This document shows positions 45,745 through 54,904 of a stretch of 64,000 bases of DNA, one piece after another; the stretch's first letter is position 1; each line of letters starts with the position of its first letter. Origin of the DNA: a virus (taxonomy: Duplodnaviria; Caudoviricetes). The position numbers were made by a program, and so were the translations under genes. The DNA lies in the IMG/VR virus record IMGVR_UViG_2825252539_000001, positions 88,749 through 152,748 of that record. One strand, written 5' to 3'. The notes under the pieces are model-generated. The model was not told the origin of the DNA, made no database searches, and was given only the letters and a program-made list of their open reading frames with translations.

Positions 45745-47180
45745 GCGACATCCTCCGATAGATAGTCGGCCAACAGTGTCCGAGCGTCGCCGTAGAACGA
45801 GGGAATCTCTGACAGGTCGTAGACAAGTCGGCCTTTCGCGTCGATCACCACTTCCACAGGTCCCGTCATGTGGTTGGCCAGCGAGCTAAGTGGACTGCAG
45901 CCCCCGGTATGACCGATGCCTCGCCACGCGGACCCGTCGCGCCTTAACAGCGATCCGCGTTGGTGCACAACCTGAGCCGACGTCCACGCCGCAGCCGTGC
46001 CAAACATCGCGACGTCGATCGCCTCGTTCCGCGTGAGCGGCCCGCGGTTGATGACCGCTTTCCAGAGTGCGTCGATACCCTGACCGACGATTGGTCCCGG
46101 CTTGAGCTTGCAGATCTCCATGATCTCGTCGCCCGTCAACGGAAGCGCCGGCTCACCCTGCGTCGCCAAGATGTGAGCTACCCGCTCATTCCAGTGATCA
46201 TCGTCCCAGTGAATCAGCGCCAACTCCCGCAGTTCTCCGGCGTCATGGAGGAACTGGCGCACATCGCGGTAACTGGCCATTCGCGAATCGCTGAACTTCC
46301 GCTTCAGCTCTACAAGGCGTTTCACCGTGCGAACTCGCTCCCGCGACGCCTTGAGGATCTCCAACCGTTGCGCTACGTGATCGGGCGTCAAGTTGCCCAG
46401 CAGGATGGCCCAGGCGACCTCGACGGGTGCTTCGCTGCCGATGAGCGGGTCTCGGTCGGCGCCCGTTGCAATGAGCTGCAGTAGCCCTGTGCTCGCAAGG
46501 AGCTGGACCGCCTTCCGGGGTTCCATACCCGTGAGCAGCTTGTCCATCTCGACGAGAACGCGCTCGCGACTGATGGTGTCGATCAATTGCTTTTTCGCAA
46601 CCATGGCGTTGAATACCGGGATGTAGAGCCTAAACCCGAGCTGGCTCACGAATCGTGCTGCTCGCAGCATCCGCAGGGGATCTTCGGAAAAGGTGATCTC
46701 GGGATCGAGTGGCGTGACGATCCTCCGCCGAGCCAGGGCGAGCAAGCCACCGAACGGGTCGATGATGTTGGAGCCGGTGTAGGTCAGCGGCGCACCCGTC
46801 ACGGGGATTGCCATGGCGTTGATCGTGAAGTCCCGCCGCGCCAGATCTTTGGTGATGTCGTCGGTGAATGTGACTTCGGGCTTGCGACCCGGACCGTCGA
46901 ACCGGAAGGTGGTGATCTCGACGGTGATGTCACCCTTGCGCGCGGCGATCGTGCCGAACTCGCGGCCGATGTCCCATAAGGCATCGCTCCACCCGGTGAT
47001 GATCGACTCGATCTGATCGGGTCGAGCGTCAGTGGTGAAGTCCCAGTCCTTCGGCTCCTTATCCAGGACTAGATCACGTACCGATCCGCCAACGAGATAC
47101 AGGCCGTGGCCGGCGTCATCGAACAGCGTGCCGAGTTCACGGAGGATAGTGTCGACGGCGCTACCAATCCGAATCATCAT
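45741..47180 (-). CDS. tRNA nucleotidyltransferase (CCA-adding enzyme/poly(A) polymerase family)
   Basis: LYLVGGSVRD..KDWDF, DLARRDFTINAMA, EDPLRMLRAARF. Confidence 0.92.
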   Translation of the reverse strand: MMIRIGSAVDTILRELGTLFDDAGHGLYLVGGSVRDLVLDKEPKDWDFTTDARPDQIESIITGWSDALWDIGREFGTIAARKGDITVEITTFRFDGPGRKPEVTFTDDITKDLARRDFTINAMAIPVTGAPLTYTGSNIIDPFGGLLALARRRIVTPLDPEITFSEDPLRMLRAARFVSQLGFRLYIPVFNAMVAKKQLIDTISRERVLVEMDKLLTGMEPRKAVQLLASTGLLQLIATGADRDPLIGSEAPVEVAWAILLGNLTPDHVAQRLEILKASRERVRTVKRLVELKRKFSDSRMASYRDVRQFLHDAGELRELALIHWDDDHWNERVAHILATQGEPALPLTGDEIMEICKLKPGPIVGQGIDALWKAVINRGPLTRNEAIDVAMFGTAAAWTSAQVVHQRGSLLRRDGSAWRGIGHTGGCSPLSSLANHMTGPVEVVIDAKGRLVYDLSEIPSFYGDARTLLADYLSEDVA

Positions 47181-49748
47181 GCGGCCGGCTCGAATCGGTG
47201 GAGTTGATGTGTGATGCAACCGCTGTCGCTATGGTCGCCGAAGGCACAGCCGCACGTGCACGGGTGGTCAACGTCCCAATCCGGCAGCACGTTCCAGAGC
47301 TGCTTGGTCGGCATCCATAAGGCTTGACCTATCCGCGGCCAGTAGACCTCGGTCATATCTCCGTCGGCGCAACCCTCGGTTTGGTAGACCGTCCCGCTTT
47401 CGATTTTGCCGCTGTGATCGCGGTAGTGGACGGTATCTCCGACCTTGAACAGACTCATGCGTCCCCCCGTACTAATTGCCCTAACGACTCCCTCAACTGA
47501 GCGCACGCCTCGCATACCGCCTTCTCGTGAAGGACTCCGTCAATCGGCGTAGCCCAGTAGCAGTTGGGCGCCAGCGGGTTGTGCCCCCGAAGCTTCCAGA
47601 AATCGATCTTGCGCAGCCGCTTCTCGAACGGCGTCAACGCCTTGACGCTAGGTGGCATCGCACTCACTGTCTCGGTAGTTGGATGTCAGACCGGTCGCAC
47701 GCTCGCACACGGTGATACTCCGGACGTACAGGCCGTCGATCTGCCACAGCGTGCAGGCGATGCCGGCCGGATTGCGGAATGCGTGATGGCTGACGTCGTC
47801 AACCGTGAGGTACATATCCATCTCAGTCTCCGAACATGTTGGGCCAGTCGTCGGTCCGTCGCGCTGACGAATCGTAGGCACATGGCGTGAAACCGAGCTT
47901 GGCGCAGACGCATTCGCCGTAGAAGCTTCGGGCGATGCCGTTACGTATGCCGGCCGGTGGTCCGTACTCCGACGGGCATACAACGGCTGACTCGTCACTC
48001 ATGGCCGTTCGCTTTCGATCACAGCTGCCGGCGGGAGGGGGCCTCGGCGCCGCGGAGGAAATCTCCGATTGATGGCGGCGTGTTCATAGTCCGCGGTAGT
48101 CCAATCGACAATCCCGCCGCGGAGCATGATCTCGACCCACGTCCCACACTTGCCACAGTTATCGTAGAAACGGATCTCCGCACCCGAATGCTTCTGCTCC
48201 CATAGTTCGTACGGGGTTAGCTTCTGGAGTCCGCAGCCGCCATCCTTGGATTGCCATCTCGTGAGGGGTGTTCCACAGAACGGGCACGGCGCTTCGTACT
48301 GGATATCGTCGAACATTCCCACTAGACGCTCACCTTGCCAACTCGTTCTCGTCATAGATGAGCCTCGCGGTGGAGCAGGGCCAATCCCGCCGACACGTCG
48401 TGCATTCAGCTTTAGCGCCGACCATCCATGAGGTGCTGAGCTGACTGACGGGGCCGGGGGTGTGCAACCGCCTTAAAGGCGCTAGCGCTTCGTGGACCGC
48501 CTCTTTCATCGCGTCGGTCATGCTTGAGTAGTAAGCCGGTCCGCCGTCATCGTCGGTCCACGCTCGTTCCACCGCTTCGTTCACGGGGTTTGTCATGTCT
48601 TGACCTCTCTCATGCACGCAATCCACTCGGCCGCCGTGCGGACCAGAGCTTTTCGCGCATCGGCCGGCACACGCTCCCAACGAGAACCGTTGCAGCCCGA
48701 CCACTCATAGGCGTCGTAGTGGACTCTGGCCACAGCTTCGGCTGTCTCCATGTCGTCAATCGGCGGCATCGCCATCAGAGCCTCTGTTCATGTGCGAATG
48801 TGATGCCGTACGTCGGAAGGTCGTCTTCAGCCGGTATCGGAATTCGGAATGTCTTTAACCCTCGTCCCGCCAGCCAGCCCTGGAACGAGTCCCAGAGGAA
48901 GTCGTGCGAGAACACCACTTGACAGTCTTCAAAGTCGCTCAACGAGACTCCTTGGCGGTTCATGTAAGACCGTGATGCCCTGTTCGGCGTAACGCCGGTC
49001 CATCGTCTTGGAGTAGCCGAAGAGCATTCCCTCGGTGGCGACTTGCTTCCACCGGGATGTGTGACAGGCGGCGTCGACCGGCAGCCCGCAGGTGCACCGG
49101 TCGTTGTCGCGCGCCTGCCGGAATGCGTGGGGGTGTATCCACGCACGCTCAGGGTGACCACAGGAGCACCTGTCATTTTGGCCGGCGTTGAAGTCGTGCA
49201 TCACCGTCCACCGTTCGGAAAGGCGATCGTGCCTTCCCATCTCACGTATTCCCGTTCCCGCTCCGGTTCGGGCTCCGGCGACGGCACGAGGACGAGACGT
49301 TCCTCATGGCCGAAGTCGCAGCCTGGCGCTGTGCACTTCGTCGATCGGGTCACGTCCATGATGTGACCGTTTGAGCAGTGCGCCTGACCGCGGCTGGAGT
49401 TCGCCTCGTGATAGTGGTAGTGGCCGTCTTCGTCGTAGAAGCCCCGTGATCCACCCATGAGGGTGCTGACCCACCCGTTCGGCGGGTAGAACCGTGACCG
49501 TTGTCCGGTTCGCACGCATTCGGGACATTTCATTCGCCACGCTCCGGTGGTAGGCCAAGGTGTTTGAGAGCTGCTGCTGCCAGCACTTCGTAGAGATGTT
49601 CATCCCACGTCGCCCGGGAGTAGCTGTTGTGTGCGTCCCTCAAGGCGTTCGCCAGCCCGCCGTCTGGAAGCCAGAACGGCCGGCTCACGATGTCAACACT
49701 TTCAACGGACCGCCCGTGTACAGAGACGGATTCGGGTTCCACGCCCAC
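47177..49748 (-). other. Run of small leftward hypothetical genes, many Cys/His-rich
   Basis: Tiled ORFs, e.g. 47999-48355, 48593-48775, 49201-49533. Confidence 0.55.
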
Positions 49749-50515
49749 TCGGGATGCTCCCCGGTAAAGTCGTGGCTAGCCTCGATCGCCGCGAAGATGC
49801 CGGCGGGGTCGCCGTCGTAAGTGCCTGATGACCACGCTGCGTTGGCCTCGATGACGAACGGAACATCTTCAGTCATACCAACGTCGAGAACATACCCCGG
49901 GGGGCCGGGAACTTCGCGTACGACCATGCGCGCGAATATGTCGAGTTCCTCCGCACTCCAGAGGCATTCGAATTGCGCCGCCTCCCAATTCGGGGCACCC
50001 CACACCGTGCCGTAGATCTGGTACAGCGATGCAGCGACGATCTCCCCGCGCGCGACCCAGTAGCGCGCCTCGACACTGAAGAACATCGGATCTTGGATCT
50101 GTATGAGAGTGTCGCCAGGAAGTCCGGACTGAGCCAATGTCTCCCGAAGGTCTTTGGTGCGATGCAATGCCGCGGGAAAGCTATCGAGTTTCGCTTCAGG
50201 CAGTTTCACGAATACGTCTTCGCCAAAGTTGCGAAGGTTGTCATGGATGCCGACGCGATCGAGTCGTCCCGTGACGATGCGCCGGCCGACGAGCGCTATC
50301 GGGAGATTCCCGAGCCAGTGTGGCCCACAGGACATCAACGGTAGGTGCACGCCGGACTTGAGCGCGCTAGCCACCCACGCCCCGGGCGCCCACCAGATCG
50401 TCTCGGGGGCGGTCACAGGGTCGATGTCGAACCCCCAGTCGTGAACGGCGCCCATCGGGACGAATTGTTCGGCGATCCAGTTCTTTTGGGTAACAACGCG
50501 GAACGGTCTAGTCAT
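49685..50515 (-). CDS. ATP-grasp domain protein (DUF4343/R2K-like)
   Basis: VFVKL...EARYWV..GEIV..SLY...YVLDVG...VIEANAAWSSG.Y. Confidence 0.75.
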   Translation of the reverse strand: MTRPFRVVTQKNWIAEQFVPMGAVHDWGFDIDPVTAPETIWWAPGAWVASALKSGVHLPLMSCGPHWLGNLPIALVGRRIVTGRLDRVGIHDNLRNFGEDVFVKLPEAKLDSFPAALHRTKDLRETLAQSGLPGDTLIQIQDPMFFSVEARYWVARGEIVAASLYQIYGTVWGAPNWEAAQFECLWSAEELDIFARMVVREVPGPPGYVLDVGMTEDVPFVIEANAAWSSGTYDGDPAGIFAAIEASHDFTGEHPEWAWNPNPSLYTGGPLKVLTS

Positions 50516-50650
50516 TGAGCATCGCCCATCCGATGCATGATTTCGTGTACCGCATCGCTCCGTCGCACAGTGAGGCCATGTCGACCTTGTCGAGGAAGTA
50601 CCCCATGCCGACTAGCATCGCGATCAGCAGCACGAGCACTAGCAGTTTCC

Positions 50651-50944
50651 TCACGATAAATACCTCTTCACCATTCCCTCAATCCATTCCCGCCCAACGG
50701 GATTGGCGGTGTGAATCAGTACCTCATCGATCCATGGACCGATACCGTTCTCAGCCATCCACAGCACGATCGGCCGCGTGGTGTCATCGCCGCCCAAGTC
50801 GTGATCGAGCGAGATTGTCAGGCCGTCTTCTCCGCTGTCGTCGTTGATCCACTCGTTCAAGAGGTACAGGGCGTCGGCACTCGTCTGCGACCACGTCCAC
50901 GTCGAATCCGGGGGAGTGCGCAGATCATCGACCCAGAGCTTCAC
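50651..50944 (-). CDS. Cyclic-phosphate-processing receiver-domain protein
   Basis: KLWVDDLRTPP, ISLDHDLG, IHTANPVG. Confidence 0.78.
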   Translation of the reverse strand: MKLWVDDLRTPPDSTWTWSQTSADALYLLNEWINDDSGEDGLTISLDHDLGGDDTTRPIVLWMAENGIGPWIDEVLIHTANPVGREWIEGMVKRYLS

Positions 50945-51387
50945 CCGAGCATCACCAGGGTTACGTCGATGTGGGACACCTCGGCAACCTCGCGGATAAC
51001 TCGCTCCGCTTCAGCTTGCTCCAGTCCGCCGATGCCGCCGCCAATGAGCGGGAGGGCGACCGAGGTGATGCTGTGCTGGCTGGCGAGGCTCAGGCCGGCG
51101 TCAAGCGATGACCGCAGCCACTCCACTTTGGCGTCAGGACCGGGCCGATCCTGGCTAGCGCAGTGAATGATCGGTCGGTCACCGGGGCCGCCCGGTGTGA
51201 TTAGCGCAGAACCGGGTAACAAGTCACCGCGCCGAGCCAAGATCTGATACTGCTGAATGGCATTCGGATATCTGCGTTTCATCAAGAGGGCCACGCCAGC
51301 GCCGGCTACACCACGGCAGTTCACGCCATGCGCGAGGGCCTGGGCGGGATGGGTGAACAGGTCGCCGACCTCTTTGGAAAAGCTCAC
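50941..51387 (-). CDS. Macro-domain protein (ADP-ribose binding/hydrolase)
   Basis: GDLF, AHGVNCRGVAGAGVA, VALPLIGGGIGGL. Confidence 0.88.
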   Translation of the reverse strand: MSFSKEVGDLFTHPAQALAHGVNCRGVAGAGVALLMKRRYPNAIQQYQILARRGDLLPGSALITPGGPGDRPIIHCASQDRPGPDAKVEWLRSSLDAGLSLASQHSITSVALPLIGGGIGGLEQAEAERVIREVAEVSHIDVTLVMLG

Positions 51388-52274
51388 AGATCCTCCAGCG
51401 ATCCACTCGGCTTCCGCCATGAGTCGGTATCGGCCCAGAATGCCGCCAAGAGGAGCGTGTCGTGACCGGGCTGGGTGAAGAAACCGACGAACGGGTCATC
51501 GAAGGTGTATGGCACCTCGATGGGGCCGCACGCCGCCCTCGCGAAGACCATTCCGGTCGCCACCTTGACTCGGGCGCCCTTCTCGTTGGCTCGTAGCTTG
51601 AACTTCTGGAAGATCTGCTCTAGGTAGTACTCGCCGTCGTTCATCCCGAGCAGCCATTCCACGTCGCCGTCAGTGTCGATCTCCAGCATGGGAACGACGA
51701 CGCCGGTCCATGACGGCTCCTTAGAGCGGTCCGCATGAAGCAGGGCTTGCGCAGAGATGTTGAGCGCCAGACCGGACGGCGGCTCGTCGGCCTTCATCAG
51801 CCACAGACTGTGGCCCGTCTTGGTCCGTAGGCGCACGAGTGGGTGCTCGTATCCGACCTCGTAGATATCGGCGTCGACCTGAAACGCCGGGTAGCTCACG
51901 TCTTTCGGGATCTTCTGACCGTAGAAGTTCTTGCCGGCGAGAGGCTCTGTGCGGATGATCTCGGTGACCCGCCCCTCGGACGCCCACTCCATGAGTATGT
52001 CCAGGATGGATGCCACGCCGATGCCGTCGAATTGGTCGAACATCTCGTCGAAGCCGTGGTCGGTCAGGAACCTGTTCAGCTCCACATGACTGGTCGACGC
52101 CAGCGCTTCAAGACTGTCGAGCTGCTTGATCTCCGCGTGGTTCAGGTCGTACCAATTGAGGAACTCTTGCTGCTGCTCGTTGATCCCCTCCCACTTGCCG
52201 TAGCTCAGGAAGGCGTCCCGCAGCTCGATGAGTGCGTGCGCGACAGTAGCCAGGTCCAATACCTTCGAAGTCAT
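51384..52274 (-). CDS. Serpin-like protein
   Basis: C-terminal QKFKLRANEKGARVKVATG...YTFDDPFVGFF matches the serpin s5A-hinge-RCL-signature pattern. Confidence 0.6.
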   Translation of the reverse strand: MTSKVLDLATVAHALIELRDAFLSYGKWEGINEQQQEFLNWYDLNHAEIKQLDSLEALASTSHVELNRFLTDHGFDEMFDQFDGIGVASILDILMEWASEGRVTEIIRTEPLAGKNFYGQKIPKDVSYPAFQVDADIYEVGYEHPLVRLRTKTGHSLWLMKADEPPSGLALNISAQALLHADRSKEPSWTGVVVPMLEIDTDGDVEWLLGMNDGEYYLEQIFQKFKLRANEKGARVKVATGMVFARAACGPIEVPYTFDDPFVGFFTQPGHDTLLLAAFWADTDSWRKPSGSLEDL

Positions 52275-52281
52275 GTCGTCC

Positions 52282-53222
52282 TCAATCCCTGATTAAACGG
52301 ATGTTGCCAATGAGCCAGCCGTGATGTCCGCCGTCGCACGTCAAGGCGGCTAGGGTGAACCAGTGGTTCCAGAGTGGGCCGTCTTTGCCCTTGAAATAAT
52401 GAGCGTCGGTTTCGTCGCCATCACTCACGGATCGCCGCCGGCCATGACATTGCCATAGCATCCATTGCAAATGACATCCGTTGTGCCGTCATCTTTCTGG
52501 CGGACGGCTTTGGCCTTGGCTTTCTTGTCCGTGTTGCACCGGCCGCAGTGAAACGGTTCGGCCTGTGCGGATCGTGTCATGGTCATGATCACAGGTTCAC
52601 CACCATGATCCCGTGGGTGAACTCCGGAGTGGTCTCGGGATCGGGGTAGGGTCCGATCTGATCGACCTCACCCGGCTGTCGGCTTTCCCACTGGCGCAGA
52701 ATGAGATTCAGGTCGGTGTCTGCGGCGATGGCGAACGGAACGCCGTTCCACTCAAAGAGCGCGACACGTTCCTGCACAATGGCGATTCGTTGGGCGTTAC
52801 GCAAGCCGACGTATATGGTGCCGTCGCGATGGTCGGGCTCCGCGTCGATGAAGTCGCGACCGATGCTGTTGATCTTCATGCAACCCTCAAAACATGCTCA
52901 TTGGCCACGGCCTCCGCCGTCGCGCGGTCTGGCAGATGGAGAATTCGTTCGACGTCCACATTCCCGGGGCTAGAGTTCGCATCGTTGTAGATATCGAGGA
53001 ACCACGGTCCCAGGTCTGCGGTGTTCGGCCGAATCTGATATCGATAGTCGCCGTACCTGGCCTGCAGCTGGCCGGCGCCGCTGTCGACGCTGACGAAGTG
53101 AAGAGTCACCAGACCATCATCTCTAGCTGCTCTTCCACGTAATGCTCGTCGCAGAGCCCGCCGGCAATTCCCGTTGCGACCGCCGGCTTAAGGCACCAGA
53201 AACAGATTCCGTCGTCGTCCAT
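52282..53222 (-). other. Small leftward hypothetical genes (e.g. 52589-52879, 52876-53109)
   Basis: Tiled ORFs. Confidence 0.5.
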
Positions 53223-53521
53223 CAAGCCTGCAACTCGTAGTGGTCACGCTTGAGGCATGGATCGTCGGCACAAAGCTCAGCTTCCCACTCTTCGGGATGG
53301 AAGTCGGACCAGTCGCCGTCCTCATCGAGATAGACGATCCCGCCCATGTTGCAGTAGTCGGGGATCATCTTGTTGTGAAACTGGTAGAGGGCGACGTCGT
53401 AGATGGTGTCCAGAATCTTCTGCCCAATGACCGGGTCGGAGACTTCTTGCTCAAACGAGGGGCCGGGTACTTGATGCTGATACCACAGCTTGAACTTGGT
53501 TGGCTTGAACGTCATAGTCAT
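53222..53521 (-). CDS. P22 gp17-like (exclusion-related) protein
   Basis: KLWYQHQVPG...LYQFHNKMIPDYCNMGG...DGDWSDF resembles that family as I recall it. Confidence 0.55.
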   Translation of the reverse strand: MTMTFKPTKFKLWYQHQVPGPSFEQEVSDPVIGQKILDTIYDVALYQFHNKMIPDYCNMGGIVYLDEDGDWSDFHPEEWEAELCADDPCLKRDHYELQA

Positions 53522-53547
53522 CTCAGTGTGCCGACCACTTACGCCCG

Positions 53548-53572
53548 CGTCTATTCCCATAAATGGAACTAG
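53548..53572. promoter_or_regulatory. Second copy of the palindromic putative operator
   Basis: GTCTATTCCCATAAATGGAACTAG versus GTCGATTCCCATTTATGGGAACTAG at 1240-1264. Confidence 0.5.
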
Positions 53573-53593
53573 GTTGATCTGCACCTTTGCAAC

Positions 53594-53628
53594 GAAAAGC
53601 CCCCCAGCATCGTGCTGGGGGGCTTTTC
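53594..53628. terminator. Bidirectional intrinsic terminator after lsr2
   Basis: GAAAAGCCCCCCAGCA-TCG-TGCTGGGGGGCTTTTC. Confidence 0.88.
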
Positions 53629-53635
53629 TTGTGGC

Positions 53636-54013
53636 CTAGGCGTGGGAGAACGTCGGACTCTTGCCCTTGTTCGCCTTGCGGAATGCCGCTTCCAGATCTT
53701 TCGGAATGCGCCCACGGTTCGATATGTCCGGCCAACCGTTATCACGGCCCCATTCCCGCATCTGCATCAGTAGAGCGGGCTCGCGGGCCGGCGGTCGACC
53801 GATTGCCGCGGCGCCCGGACGGATAACCGTCCGCTTCTTCTTGCGCGCCTTCTCGATGAACGGCGCCAAAGCTTTCTCAAGCTTCTTCTGGTTAGCCGCG
53901 CTGAGATCAATCTCGTAGTCCACACCCTTGTATCCGAACGGGATTGTCTCGACCGACGGTGTTTCGGCGCCGTCCATATCGTCGACCAGGGTTCGTGTAA
54001 CCTTCTCGGCCAT
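53636..54013 (-). CDS. lsr2: Lsr2-like nucleoid-associated protein
   Basis: MAEKVTRTLVDDMDG, YEIDLS, REWGRDNG..ISNRGRIP. Confidence 0.92.
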   Translation of the reverse strand: MAEKVTRTLVDDMDGAETPSVETIPFGYKGVDYEIDLSAANQKKLEKALAPFIEKARKKKRTVIRPGAAAIGRPPAREPALLMQMREWGRDNGWPDISNRGRIPKDLEAAFRKANKGKSPTFSHA

Positions 54014-54089
54014 TATAAGTCCTTCGCGGCTGGTTGATTCGTCCGTGCCAGGATGCCATAACAGTGAGAATATTGCCAGCGAGATAGAT

Positions 54090-54902
54090 CTAGACCAACT
54101 GCGCCTCTTCCCAGTACTCAAGGTGTGCATTAGCGAGGAAGTTATCGATCAACACTCGGTCTGGATGGTCTGGGAGATGTGACTGATCAATAGACCGCTT
54201 TAGTTCATCCTCCAACACGGCGAGATAGTCCAATACCCACCGCTGAGAATCTCGGCCGTACTCTCCGCGACGAAGGGCGATCAGCGGCTCACGATCGCAG
54301 TCGCGCATCGGCAAGGAAACATAACCCTCCCGCATGAGCTGAATTCCCTGGATACCGAGCCGGCACGCGTGATAGCCGGCCTTGAGATCCACGCCATACG
54401 TCTCGACCAGCTCCGGTCGATTCGTGTGTCCGCTACGGAGGCCCAGCATCAGCTGCACTTGGGACCTCAAGTAGCCGAGATACCGACTGCCAGATTCTTT
54501 CGAGATGAACAGATTCGCGGCTTCCCGCAGCATCCGGCCGTATCGATTCTGGTGATAAACCTTGTTCTCAGGCGAGAAGAGGATCAGCTGAACGGTGGGA
54601 TTGCCGTCGGCCGCGAGTCGCGCCCACTTTCGCAGACTGTACGACGTCAAATCCGTGTCGCCGGCCCCGCTGCGGGTGCCGTCGGGGATCGGAGTTCCGT
54701 CCTTGTGCCAGCGTCCCTCGAACTGCTCGAACTTCTCCAGACCGATCGCGGTCTGTGGTGGCTCGAAGCAGATACCCATCAGGTCGAGGTCGTCACCCGT
54801 CGATCCGTCGGAGACACCGTGAAGGGTTGAGCCGACCTCGGAGAGGAGGATGCCGTGTCGCCAGGCGATTTGCTTGCAGCGCTCGGTGCGATGCTTACTT
54901 AC
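54090..54902 (-). CDS. Pol-beta-superfamily nucleotidyltransferase (RlaP/Nuc-transf-like); start codon unclear
   Basis: EVGSTLHG....DDLDLMG lies upstream of the first ATG (54779); GNPT, YLGY, NRPEL...YGVDLK..YH. Confidence 0.75.
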   Translation of the reverse strand, partial: VSKHRTERCKQIAWRHGILLSEVGSTLHGVSDGSTGDDLDLMGICFEPPQTAIGLEKFEQFEGRWHKDGTPIPDGTRSGAGDTDLTSYSLRKWARLAADGNPTVQLILFSPENKVYHQNRYGRMLREAANLFISKESGSRYLGYLRSQVQLMLGLRSGHTNRPELVETYGVDLKAGYHACRLGIQGIQLMREGYVSLPMRDCDREPLIALRRGEYGRDSQRWVLDYLAVLEDELKRSIDQSHLPDHPDRVLIDNFLANAHLEYWEEAQLV

Positions 54903-54904
54903 TT

